From assembly GCA_963728915.1 (NCBI GenBank), contig CAVSLV010000002.1:128001-192000 (forward strand): 64,000 nucleotides of DNA, written 5' to 3'. The position numbers and the translations under genes are program-made. This stretch comes from an uncultured Gemmatimonadales bacterium. GTDB lineage: Bacteria; Gemmatimonadota; Gemmatimonadetes; Gemmatimonadales; GWC2-71-9. A model generated the notes under the pieces. The model searched no databases, was not told the DNA's origin, and was given only the letters and a program-made list of their open reading frames with translations. Of this stretch, positions 24,795 through 34,198 are shown piece after piece. Positions within the stretch are counted from its first letter, which is position 1. Each line of letters begins with the position of its first letter.

Positions 24795-26037
24795 GGGATC
24801 CTCCCTCACTTTTGTAGACACTTTCACCTAACTGGGAGGAGGTGTCGATGGCCCGATCCGGTCCGCGGAAGGTCCAGCGTTACAGTCCGGAGTTCAAGCT
24901 GACGGCCGTGCGCTTAAGTCAGCAGCCGGGGATTCAAGTGCGGATGGTCGCCGCGGCGCTCGACATCCATCCGTTCATGCTCTCGAAGTGGCGCAAAGAG
25001 GTGCGGCTCGGCCGGATCCGCGGGCGGGCTCGGACGATCGCGACCTCGCCCGTGCGGGAGATCCGGAAACTGCAGCAGCTGGAGCAGGCGCATGCGCTGT
25101 TGCGGGAGGAGCATGAGCTCCTAAAAAAAGCCATTCGGTTCTGTTCCGTACGAAGGCCGAGCGCTTCGCGTTCATCGAGACCCAGCGCGGGACGGTCGCG
25201 ATGACCCGTCTCTGCGCGCTTTATGGGGTCACTCGGGCTGGCTACTACGCCTGGCGGCGGCGTCCGGCCAGCGCGCGTACGGTGCAGGACCGTCATCTGA
25301 CCCAGCGGCTTCGGAAGCTGTTTGCTGCCCATGGGGAGCGGTACGGGAGTCCGCGGTTGCATCGGGAGCTCCGCCGACAGGGCTGGCGCATCAGCCGACG
25401 GCGAGTGGAGCGCCTCATGCGCCAGGCTGGCTTACGGGCGCGGGTGGTGCAGATCTATCGGGCGAATCCGGGCCTGCACCGATTCTACGAGCAGCATCCG
25501 AATCGCCTGCCGGCGGGCGGCGCCCGGCGACGCAACCAGGTCTGGCTCGGCGATATCACGTATCTCCCTCTCGGGCGCGGCTGGCGATTCCTGGCCGTGG
25601 TGCTCGATCAATACTCCCGCCGCGTGCTGGCGTGGCGGTTGAGCCCGCGACGCGACGCCACCCTGACCCGCGCGGTGCTCAATGCCGCTGCCCGACGACG
25701 GCAGCCCCGACGCGGGCTCATCTTTCACAGTGATCGGGGCAGTGAGTATGCGGCGTCGGCCTTCCGTGACCGCCTGAGGGCGCTGGGCATCCACCAGAGC
25801 TCAGCCCAACGCGGCCCCGAGGACAACGCGCACATGGAGTCGTTCTTTCACTCGCTGAAGGCGGAGGTCGTGCACGGCACCACGAGCGCGACTGAGGCCG
25901 CGCTTCGCCAGTTAGTGGTGCGGTATATTCACTACTACAATCATCGGCGAATGCACTCCGCCTTGCGCTACCGTTCGCCGGTGGAGTTTGAACATCGTGC
26001 AGCATAGAGCGTGTCAACAAAATCGAGGGAAGATCCC
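24795..26037 (+). mobile_element. IS3-family insertion sequence
   Basis: Imperfect terminal IRs (GGGATCCTCCCTCACTTTTGTAGACAC / GTGTCAACAAAATCGAGGGAAGATCCC), 3-bp CGG duplication, and orfA/orfB with A7G slippery site at 25123-25130. Confidence 0.92.
24848..26007 (+). CDS. IS3 transposase OrfAB (-1 programmed frameshift)
   Basis: OrfA YSPEFKLTAV HTH. OrfB WLGDITY, FHSDRGSEY and DNAHMESFF (DDE). Confidence 0.92.
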
Positions 26038-26190
26038 CGGCCCCTGACGCTTCGGCCGGCGCGGGATACATATCTGACAGGATCGCGCGGCCTCCGCAGG
26101 GGCCCGCAGCTGAAACGCAGCTCGTTAGGCAGCACAACGCAGCGCCATTAAATTGCGTGCACACTCTTGTGACCACAGGAGGATACTCGC

Positions 26191-27405
26191 CTGAGAAATG
26201 CGCCCCGGAGTCTCCTGGCGAGCGTCCGGCTTGCCGTCTTCGCCCTGCTTGTGTATGTGGCCCGAATCGATGCGCAGGCAACCGGTGGCGCGAGCCCTAT
26301 TTGGACTGGCCGCGACGTGAGCATTCCGCCGAATCCGCAGCTCCCGACGGTCCGCATCGGAATCTGGGATAGCGGGGTTGATACCACCTTGTTCGCTGGA
26401 CAGCTCGCTCGCGACGCGTCGAATCGCCTACTGCTCCGGGGATACGACTCGTTCAAGCGTCGCCAGGACACCCCGATGGCCCTCCTGCCTGCCTCCCTGC
26501 TCGCGCGTCGCGACGAGCTGAACGCCCTACTGCAAGCCTTCGATGACCTGGATAGCGGCGAGGAGAGTCCGGCCGCCAAGAGCCTTACGCATCGTCTCGA
26601 GACGCTTCCCGACAGTCAGCGCACGGTCCTGGAAGAGGATGCCACGAGATGGAGTGGCTATGGCCACGGCACCGCTGTCGCGGATATCGCGCTCACCGGA
26701 CACGGCCGGGCGTCGCTGGTGATCGCTCGCATGGAGTGGTGGCATGGCCGACCGCCGGTACCGTGCTGGACGCGAGAGCTGGCCCATCGGGAAGCCGAGT
26801 CCATCGGTGACCTCCTCGCCTGGCTCGTCGAGAGCGGCGCGCGCGTGGTGAACCTGTCCTGGGGCCGTCACGAATCCAGCTACCGAAGCAACTTGTCCCA
26901 GTGTGCCAGCCATCTTCCCGAGGACGAGCGTCGCGCGCTGGCGCGCTACACGGTGGACACGATTCGTGCGGTATTACGGAGCGGAATGGCCGCGGCGCCC
27001 AAGGTGTTGTTCGTGGGGGCCGCCGGGAACGAAGCCACGACGATGGACCAGAGCAATCCCGCGACGCGGTTTTCCCTGCCGAACTTCATCCTGGTCGGGG
27101 CCGTCAATCGGGCCGGAGCGATCGCCCAGTTCACCAACATCGGTCCGGAAGTCACGCTCTATGCCAATGGTGATCGCATTCCGGCTCGGCTGCCGGGCGG
27201 GGCACAGTCGTATCCATCGGGCACATCAATGGCCGCGCCCCTGGTGAGCAATGCTGCGGCGAAGATGCTTGCGGTCAACCCACGCTTGACGGGCGCCGAG
27301 CTTCGCGCGCTCCTTGAGCAGTCGGCAGATACCAATGCGACGGGACAGAGACTGCTTCACACTGGCCGCGCGGTAGAGGCCGCTCGTAAGTCGCTCTCAC
27401 CCTAA
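26191..27405 (+). CDS. Cassette gene: subtilisin-like S8 serine peptidase (possible CTG start)
   Basis: DSG, HGT, AAGN and SGTSMAAP catalytic motifs. AGGAGG precedes an in-frame CTG that gives a signal peptide. Confidence 0.85.
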   Translation: MRNAPRSLLASVRLAVFALLVYVARIDAQATGGASPIWTGRDVSIPPNPQLPTVRIGIWDSGVDTTLFAGQLARDASNRLLLRGYDSFKRRQDTPMALLPASLLARRDELNALLQAFDDLDSGEESPAAKSLTHRLETLPDSQRTVLEEDATRWSGYGHGTAVADIALTGHGRASLVIARMEWWHGRPPVPCWTRELAHREAESIGDLLAWLVESGARVVNLSWGRHESSYRSNLSQCASHLPEDERRALARYTVDTIRAVLRSGMAAAPKVLFVGAAGNEATTMDQSNPATRFSLPNFILVGAVNRAGAIAQFTNIGPEVTLYANGDRIPARLPGGAQSYPSGTSMAAPLVSNAAAKMLAVNPRLTGAELRALLEQSADTNATGQRLLHTGRAVEAARKSLSP

Positions 27406-27431
27406 CGGAATGTGGCGCACGAGTGGGTGCT

Positions 27432-27500
27432 GCCTAACCCGCGCGTGGAGGGGACGAGGGCGTGGGCGCGGCAGCCCTCGCAGCTCAAGCGCAGGGCGTT
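27432..27500 (+). repeat. attC: attC site (short, internally deleted) with an IS110 element inserted at its GTT
   Basis: GTGCTGCCTAAC complements GTTAGGCAGCAC at 26124. It ends CTCAAGCGCAGGGCGTT, and GTTAGGC resumes at 28941. Confidence 0.85.
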
Positions 27501-27850
27501 CTATGAGAGCGATTGTCAAGGACACACTCGTTCCTCGCTGATGGCGAGGAGGTTTTCTTCCTGGCAATCAGCCCCGATCGTTTGCCGGTCGCAGCGGATG
27601 GGCGCTTGTGGGCCTGCCGGTCAGTCCGGTTCGGCATGCATCACCTCGCTTTTCCTCCCGATCCACACCAGACATCTCACGCGTTGGGATCCCGGGACAG
27701 CAGACCATGGTTCTATCCGAGACTCGGCCTGGGGCCGGCCTGCGGCTTCTTCGGGTCTTGCGAGGGGGCCTACAGTTAGGCGAGTGCCTCGGCGACTGAA
27801 GCCGGGCCGACGACCTGCTTGAGACTGTCCCCCGCAACCGTGCCCGCGAT
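27501..27850 (-). ncRNA. Putative bridge RNA/seekRNA region of IS110 family A copy 1 (boundaries approximate)
   Basis: Non-coding region 3' of the transposase, with target match GTTAGGCG (27775-27782) and donor match GTTCTAT (27710-27716). Confidence 0.65.
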
Positions 27851-28861
27851 CGGGAGGTGCCGACGAGGGGATGGGCCCCCGCGCCGAGTGACCCGCGCCA
27901 GTTCCTCCCGCATCCCCCGAGCGACCATCGCCCGGTAGAACTCCTGGAGCGGGCCCGGTCGCGCGGTTGCCGCCGTGGCCGCTCCCTTGAACACGTCCTT
28001 CACCACCCGATTGTGATTGGGGTTGAGCCCACGGGTCAGCGGCGCCCGTCGCCGGCGCACCGGCCGCCCCTGCCGCAGCTCGTGCTCGGCGCTCGAGTGG
28101 GTCACCACCGCTAACCCGGCATAGGCCCACAGGTGCCGCTTGGTCCGAAACCGCCACGGCGTCTGCAGCGTGGCCAGCAACAGCGCCACCCGCACCGGCC
28201 CCAGGAAGGGAATGGTCCGGAGCACCGCCCAGGCGGGATCGCGGCGCGCCTCCGCCAGCATCGCCGCCTTGGCCTTCGGCCGCAGCACGAGCAGGAGATC
28301 GAGCTCGCTATATAAGGTCTCGGCCCGGAAGCGGACGCCCCGCTCCGCCAGCTGAGCCAACCAGCCGGCGCGGTGGACCGCCTGGTAAACCTTGGTGCCG
28401 CGGGTCGGGATCGCCCGGGCGCGAAAGAGCGCCTTGAGCCGGAGCATCACCCGGGTCGTGTCTTCGACCAGGTTGCGATAGGCTCGGGTCAGCTCCTGAA
28501 GGGTGGCGCGGTGCGCGCTCCCGTGATAGCCGCCGCGCAGGTCCCCGCGCCACAGCCGGGCCGAGAGCGGATCGGCATCGACCCGATCGCCCTTGTTCCC
28601 CCGGCGTTTTTCCCCGTGGCGATCGCAGACCACCACCCGCTGCACGAGGGGCACCAGCAGATCGTGGAGCCACTGGGCCTGGGTGCCTTCTTCGAATGCC
28701 ACGTGAATCGCGCCGCGCATGCCGCGGAAGAACTCCGTCACCGCCCGGGCTTCCGTGGGCAGGATGGTCCGCGCGATCACCTGGCCGGTCTCGGTGCGGA
28801 CGGAGGCCAGGGTAGTTGCCTGATGGACATCGAGGGCCGCATACTTGGTAGCGCGTGTCAT
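27776..28861 (-). CDS. IS110-family DEDD recombinase, lacking the native C-terminus
   Basis: ALDVH, FEEG, KGDRVDA and THSSA. Diverges from copy 2 after LARVT. Confidence 0.85.
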   Translation of the reverse strand: MTRATKYAALDVHQATTLASVRTETGQVIARTILPTEARAVTEFFRGMRGAIHVAFEEGTQAQWLHDLLVPLVQRVVVCDRHGEKRRGNKGDRVDADPLSARLWRGDLRGGYHGSAHRATLQELTRAYRNLVEDTTRVMLRLKALFRARAIPTRGTKVYQAVHRAGWLAQLAERGVRFRAETLYSELDLLLVLRPKAKAAMLAEARRDPAWAVLRTIPFLGPVRVALLLATLQTPWRFRTKRHLWAYAGLAVVTHSSAEHELRQGRPVRRRRAPLTRGLNPNHNRVVKDVFKGAATAATARPGPLQEFYRAMVARGMREELARVTRRGGPSPRRHLPIAGTVAGDSLKQVVGPASVAEALA

Positions 28862-28954
28862 GAGAGCCGCTCCTTGGGGCTGGGGTCCATGGGTCTGGGG
28901 AGATTCCATGGTAGCCCCAAGGGGCGTGCTCTCAACATGCGTTAGGCGGCGCCG

Positions 28955-29205
28955 CTACGGACCCTTGTGCTCCGCGCGGAGCGCGTCCCAGAGGGTGCGC
29001 GGTGATTGGATTACGACGGGAGCGCCGGAGCCGAGGACAAGCAAATCGTGATCGCCGGTCACCAAGACGTCGGCTCGTCCGGCCACCGCTTCATCCATAA
29101 TGGGCTGATCCTTGGGGTCGCGGATCTTGATACGTAGGGGAGGCGCTGCCGGTATGATCTGTCCTTGCCGGCGCAAGAATGTATCCCACTCGGTGATCGT
29201 GCTCG
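28955..29205 (-). pseudogene. PIN-domain toxin, C-terminal fragment (truncated cassette)
   Basis: IRDPKDQPIMDEAVAGRADVLVTGDHDLL. The N-terminus and an antitoxin are missing. Confidence 0.7.
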
Positions 29206-29499
29206 ATTCCCGGTATGGGTCACTCGGACATGGTGACGCACCCGGTTGCGATACGCGCCATCGTGGCGGCGTTCAATTAGAGCGCATTCGGCACGGTAAG
29301 CTTCGGAGCGCCGACTCGTTGGCCTCCACCTCGGCGGCAGCGCGCTTGGCCCAACGCGCCCCGGCCAACATCAGCGCCGCAGAAATCCATAACGCGGCGT
29401 TCCTGGAAATGTCAGCGTCATCAGGGATTGCGAGGTACGACCCGCTGGACCAGGGACTGTCACACGCCGGGGCCAGCTCGATTTCGCCCCCCTCGGCCC

Positions 29500-31677
29500 T
29501 CAGCACGCCGCGTTCGGATCCGGCGCGCTTCCTCCCGCGGGCGACGCGGCGTCCCACGACAGCATCGCCGTCCCGTTCGGCGGCGCCGAGCCGCCGGCGA
29601 TGTTGCCGTTGGCGTCGAAGGAAACCGTGATGGTGCCGTCACCGCCCGGCCCGAGTCCCTGCGAGCTGAGGATTCCTCCAAACGACGCCACGCCAAGGAT
29701 CGACGTGTCCGACAGCATCGTGGTGTACGTCGGCAGGACGGCGCGCAGGAAGAACTTGAGCGTTCCCGCGGACACGTTGACGGCGCGGCTGATGAGCGAG
29801 AACGCGCTCTGCTGCGTCGGCAGCACGCTGCTGGTCCCATCATAGGGATATGGCGCGCTGCTGTCCGGGTGCGAGATCTCCGTCACCGTCTTGTCCACCG
29901 GATGCTGACTGTCGCCGGTGTGCACCGTGTGGGTAATGGTGCCGCTGATGTCGTATGCCGTGAGCTTCGCCATCTTCGTAGGCAATGAGAGGCCGTTGAT
30001 GACGGTCACGAGTGCCGCGGCCGGCGGCGTGTCCCCCGGGAGCGCACGCCCCTTGTGAATGTCGGCGCGCAACCAGACCTGCAGCGTTGCCGTCAGGGTG
30101 TAGCTCCCGGTGAGCGTATCGAACGCCGTCGACGCGGTGCTCGAGTCGTACGTCACCGAATAGTGAATCGTCAGCTGCCACGCCGTGAGTGCCACGGGAT
30201 TGCTCTGGAGCCCGTTGACCGTCACGACCACCGGGCCCGCACCGCCAGGCTGATCCGCGCTGGGAAGGGTGCAGATGATCCGGGTGGCAGTCCAGTCCTG
30301 CACCGCGAGCGATGTACCGCCGACGGTCACACTCCCCGTGACCCCGCTGCCAAAGCTGCCATAGATCGAGAGCGTACCCTCCGTGGGCTCGACCACCGAG
30401 ATGCTCGGCGCCAGCAGTCCGACGACCGCGCCGCTTTTCGTGGGCGTCACCTGCAGCGTCGACAGACCGGACACGCCGCTCGACTGGTCGTAGCCGTACC
30501 CCTGGCCGGAGCGCGGGCGCGCGTGCATGTACGGGAGCAGGTCGGGATAGCCGAACGGCCGCACGGTCGGACCGCTGGTTGGCGTGAGGTGGCCCGACAT
30601 TCCCTCGAAAAGCATTTGCCCGGAGAGCAGCGCCTCCGTGCCGTTCACCTGTTCGTTCCACGAGGCGAACACGCCGGCGTTGGCGCCGAGGAATGCAGCA
30701 AACACCGCGGAGGTCGGCCCGAACAGCGTCGAGTATGCGTTGCAGCCGTTGACCAGCACGAAGCTCTCATTCGAGAACGACATGTACGTCGAAATGAACG
30801 TCGGCAGGATCATGTAGTACGGCTTGAGCACCGGCGTCGAGCTGCCGCTCGGATAATCGGCGTACAGCATGAAGCCGACTCTGTTGTTCGTGATATCGTC
30901 CACCAGCGCGTTGTACGCCGTGAGATCGATCGCGGCACCGGTCGTGTCCAGCAGGGGCGTCGTTGTGCTGAGTCCGAACTGCAGCGCACCGGCCGCGGTA
31001 ACGTAGATCCCCATGTGTGCGTAGAGGTAGAGCAGATCGGTGTTGGTGATGGTCTTGAGCGAGGCCACCGATCCCGGCAGCTTCGACACCGCATAGCCCG
31101 TCGTGCCGAGCTCGGCGCCGAGCGTGGTGAAGGAGATCCCGACCAAGTTGCCGAGCAAGGCGTTGGATGCGCCGTCCACCGTGGCGCTGAGCGAAATGTT
31201 GTTGGAGAGGATCGCCTTCTTTCCCGTGGGCAGCTCGGTGGGCAACGAGACCAGGGCGGTGCGATCACTTTCGCGGAGTGAGCCGCTGAGGGCCGTGACG
31301 CTGCCGTCGTTGACCACGACCAGCGGCGTCCCGTCCGTGAAGCGTGCCCAGACGCTGCCGCCGGGCTGCAATCCTGACGCCGAGAAGGCCGAGCTGCCAT
31401 TCAGGAAGGCAAGCAGGCGCTGGTTGTCATCCGTGACGCTGGTGTGGGGGAAGCCGGTGAACTGGCTCGACACGGACGCCACGGCGGTGGCGCGCGCGGC
31501 GGGGGTAATCAGTGTCCCGTTCGGCGGCGGCGGAGGTGGCGGCGGGGGTGGCGGCGGGGGTGTGGAGGTCGGCGTGCCCGAACCGCTGCCGCCGCAGCCA
31601 GCCAATGTGAGGACGCCGGTGCCGAGGGAGATCTGGAGCGAGAGGTCTACAAATTCGCGTCGGGTGAGCCTGGCCAT
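29500..31677 (-). CDS. Large Tat-exported lipoprotein with poly-Pro linker and IPT/TIG-like domain
   Basis: TRREF Tat motif, LAGC lipobox, poly-Pro run and IYGSFG...VTVGG...GPVVVTVNGLQSN. Confidence 0.75.
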   Translation of the reverse strand: MARLTRREFVDLSLQISLGTGVLTLAGCGGSGSGTPTSTPPPPPPPPPPPPPNGTLITPAARATAVASVSSQFTGFPHTSVTDDNQRLLAFLNGSSAFSASGLQPGGSVWARFTDGTPLVVVNDGSVTALSGSLRESDRTALVSLPTELPTGKKAILSNNISLSATVDGASNALLGNLVGISFTTLGAELGTTGYAVSKLPGSVASLKTITNTDLLYLYAHMGIYVTAAGALQFGLSTTTPLLDTTGAAIDLTAYNALVDDITNNRVGFMLYADYPSGSSTPVLKPYYMILPTFISTYMSFSNESFVLVNGCNAYSTLFGPTSAVFAAFLGANAGVFASWNEQVNGTEALLSGQMLFEGMSGHLTPTSGPTVRPFGYPDLLPYMHARPRSGQGYGYDQSSGVSGLSTLQVTPTKSGAVVGLLAPSISVVEPTEGTLSIYGSFGSGVTGSVTVGGTSLAVQDWTATRIICTLPSADQPGGAGPVVVTVNGLQSNPVALTAWQLTIHYSVTYDSSTASTAFDTLTGSYTLTATLQVWLRADIHKGRALPGDTPPAAALVTVINGLSLPTKMAKLTAYDISGTITHTVHTGDSQHPVDKTVTEISHPDSSAPYPYDGTSSVLPTQQSAFSLISRAVNVSAGTLKFFLRAVLPTYTTMLSDTSILGVASFGGILSSQGLGPGGDGTITVSFDANGNIAGGSAPPNGTAMLSWDAASPAGGSAPDPNAAC

Positions 31678-31784
31678 GTGCCGAGGTCCGCTGATAGATA
31701 TGCGAGGAAGATACCGCCCGTGCGTAGCCGGTCAATCGGGAAGGGGCGGCCGGGGCCCGCTCCTCATGCGCTCCAACCGGACAG

Positions 31785-32294
31785 CTACGGTCGCACCTGC
31801 AGGGCGGTGAACGTCACGGTCGTCTTGCCGACCCCGGTCGAATAGTCGGCGTTGATCGTAAAGCTGCCCTGCAACTGGTTCGCTGACATCGTCGCGAAGA
31901 TCGCACCGCCGGCGAGTGATCCGGTTGTCGACGACGGCAATTCCACCACGGTGCCGATGAGCGTGCCGGCACCCATCGGCCCGATGGAAAAAGTCCCCGT
32001 GTCGGAGAACGCGCCCAGCCCGCAGTTCCGGGCGAGGTACCCCCGCACGAACGCCTGCTGCGAGTTGCGGACGGATATGTCGACCGCGATAGCCGACGAG
32101 AACTGCTCGAAATCGGCACCGCCGCAATTCGCGGAGTCGGAGACGACGATGAGATTGGCGGAGGGAGTCTGCACGAGCTTCGCGAAGGCGTTCGTCGCGG
32201 CGTTGTGAGTGGAGGTGTCGCCGAGCGTGAGGAAGCCTCCCGACGGAAGCGTTTCCACCGGCGCGCCCACCGCCGTGATCTGCCACATCCGCAA
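31785..32294 (-). CDS. Hypothetical protein, probably 5'-truncated
   Basis: ORF with beta-rich, extracellular-like composition, no signal peptide and no clear start. Confidence 0.5.
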   Translation of the reverse strand: MRMWQITAVGAPVETLPSGGFLTLGDTSTHNAATNAFAKLVQTPSANLIVVSDSANCGGADFEQFSSAIAVDISVRNSQQAFVRGYLARNCGLGAFSDTGTFSIGPMGAGTLIGTVVELPSSTTGSLAGGAIFATMSANQLQGSFTINADYSTGVGKTTVTFTALQVRP

Positions 32295-32368
32295 CCCGAC
32301 AAGGTGTCGATGGTCGCCGCCGAACCAAAGAGAGTGCTGTCGGCAATGCGCCGTTCACGGTCCTAGCC

Positions 32369-32731
32369 GTGATCGTCGCCAGTACCATTGCGCGCAAGGT
32401 ATGGGGCGAGCTTTGGGGCTGGCTGGCAATAATGCTTGTCATGCCGGCGGGGTTGCTTGCGCGACATTGGATTGCGACTGGCTTGCCGAGCGTCGTCGTA
32501 CCCAAGTCCGAACTGGAGCCGGTCGATCGACAAGCCGTGGCGCGTGGGTTGGTGCAAGCCAAGGGCCGGCCGGCGATGTGGATCTTGTTCTCTCTCGGCG
32601 TGGCCATGGCCGCACTCGGCGGCGCCGTGGCGTTCACGGACGGAGCATGGTACGGCTGGTTACTCCTTCTTATGATGTCGTGGTGCGCAGTGCAACTGTT
32701 TCTGATGCTTCAGCGGTCGAAGCCCGCTTGA
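32369..32731 (+). CDS. Cassette gene: small membrane protein
   Basis: Three hydrophobic segments, ending just before the attC at 32746. Confidence 0.55.
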   Translation: MIVASTIARKVWGELWGWLAIMLVMPAGLLARHWIATGLPSVVVPKSELEPVDRQAVARGLVQAKGRPAMWILFSLGVAMAALGGAVAFTDGAWYGWLLLLMMSWCAVQLFLMLQRSKPA

Positions 32732-32754
32732 TCTAGAGAGCTGCGGCCTAACCC

Positions 32755-34090
32755 CCTTAAGCAGGATCTTGTCAAGTAGGCGTACGAAGATCGCGCGGTA
32801 TAAGCCGCGGGGTTTGCTGAGAGATGAGTGCGGGCGTGGCGCCGTTCGGTATCGATCGTCGACGACCGTCACCGGGTGACGGTCAAACACCCTTCGGGGC
32901 TCTACTCCGCTCGCGATGAGGGGAGCGGAGCGCGATCAACCGATCGCGTCCCAGATCTTGACCTCGGCATGACCGTCGGGCTTCCCAATCACGCGCCGGG
33001 ACTCCGCCTCGAGTCCAGTTAGGCAGAGGGGCTTGCCCGCCGGGGCCACCGCGCTTGTTTCTGCCGCGTGAGCGGCGTGCCTTTGAACTGCTGGTTGAAG
33101 TCCACTTGGTCGTGCAGCACGACATAAACACTTTTCGCGAGCTCCTTAGCGACCAAGGCTCGAGCGATCCGAATCGGCTTCTTCCGCTTCCAGCGCTGAT
33201 ACCACTGGCGGACTTCGGGGAAATACTGAATCGCGCGGACCGCGGCGTGGCTGAAGACCAGCTTGAGATACCGATTGCCGTCCTTGCTCGCGCGGTGGCG
33301 TTGGTGGCCCCCGGAGTCGGCCGCGCCCGGGACCAGCCGACAATAGGACCAGAAGTGCCGCACGGTGGGAAACCGTTGGATGTCGTCGATCTCGAGCGCG
33401 ACCGTGAAGGCGACGATCCGGCCGATGCCCGGAATCCAGAGGAGGCGTTGGATCGCCGGCGTTTCGAGCAGGTCTCCCTGAATGGCGCGCTCCAACGTGC
33501 GGATCTGTTCGGTGAGGAGCGCGATCTGGCCGAGTTGGAGCTCGGCCTGCAAGAGATAGAGGGGCGGCAGCTCGCCGGGGCCCTGGACGTTGAACTTCTC
33601 GAGCAGTCGGTCCAGACTATTCTTGGCGCGACTCCGACGTTCGACCAGACGAAGTCGGGCGCGTAACACGTCGCGGGGGCCCCGTTGGGACTCGGCGATC
33701 ATGTGGGCCTCGGGGATGAGGCCGGTCCGGAGCAACTGGGCCAGGGTGGTGGAATCGACCGCATCGGTCTTCACTTTGGCGTAGGCGATGGCTTTCAAGA
33801 ACTTCGCATGCGCTAAATGCAGGTCAATGCCCTGGGGCGCCAAGAGGTCTCGGAGCCAGTACCAGCGTCCCGTCGCTTCCACGACGGCCCGATGCGGGCC
33901 AGGAAACTGAGCGAAGTAGGCGGCAATGGTGCCGCGGTCATTGGGCAGAGTGACCTGTCGGAGCCGTTCGCCGTCGGTGGTCAGCGTGGTGAGGACGGAG
34001 CTCGCGCGATGTTGATCGATGCCGGTGTAGAACACGGAAGGCTCCAGGCGATGATCGATGATCCTAACCCGATCCGCTTGGAAACATCAC
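32755..34090 (-). mobile_element. IS110/IS1111-type element, family B
   Basis: Inserted in the attC R''-L'' spacer, with ~260 bp non-coding 3' region and an outward TTGACA near the right end. Confidence 0.85.
33019..34035 (-). CDS. IS110-family DEDD recombinase
   Basis: GIDQH, VEAT, KTDAVD, IPGIG, DSGG and GNRYLK. Confidence 0.92.
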   Translation of the reverse strand: MFYTGIDQHRASSVLTTLTTDGERLRQVTLPNDRGTIAAYFAQFPGPHRAVVEATGRWYWLRDLLAPQGIDLHLAHAKFLKAIAYAKVKTDAVDSTTLAQLLRTGLIPEAHMIAESQRGPRDVLRARLRLVERRSRAKNSLDRLLEKFNVQGPGELPPLYLLQAELQLGQIALLTEQIRTLERAIQGDLLETPAIQRLLWIPGIGRIVAFTVALEIDDIQRFPTVRHFWSYCRLVPGAADSGGHQRHRASKDGNRYLKLVFSHAAVRAIQYFPEVRQWYQRWKRKKPIRIARALVAKELAKSVYVVLHDQVDFNQQFKGTPLTRQKQARWPRRASPSA

Positions 34091-34198
34091 GCGCTTGGAG
34101 CCGCCGAGGGCGTGGGCGCGACAGCAGCCGCACAGTATATTGGACCCGCGAGGCTGTGCGGCTGCTGCCGCACGCCCTCGCAGCTCAAGCGCAGGGCG

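Larger units (their letters stand above)
24769..26130 (+). repeat. attC: attC site interrupted by an IS3-family element
   Basis: GCCTAAC at 24769 and GTTAGGC at 26124. The halves rejoin into a normal attC stem once the IS and one CGG copy are removed. Confidence 0.85.
27501..28938 (-). mobile_element. IS110/IS1111-type element, family A copy 1 (transposase C-terminally deleted)
   Basis: Flanked by GCGTT on both sides, subterminal IR TGAGAGC/GCTCTCA, and ends identical to the copies at 37713 and 41821. Confidence 0.9.

Noticed and set aside
31521..31562. G-rich GGC/GGT repeat as a G-quadruplex or VNTR
   Set aside because: It encodes the poly-proline linker of the 29500-31677 lipoprotein.
33018..33025. 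GTTAGGC next to the family B non-coding region as a guide or cassette boundary
   Set aside because: It coincides with the transposase's last codon and stop (GCC TAA) and has no attC stem, so it may be chance.
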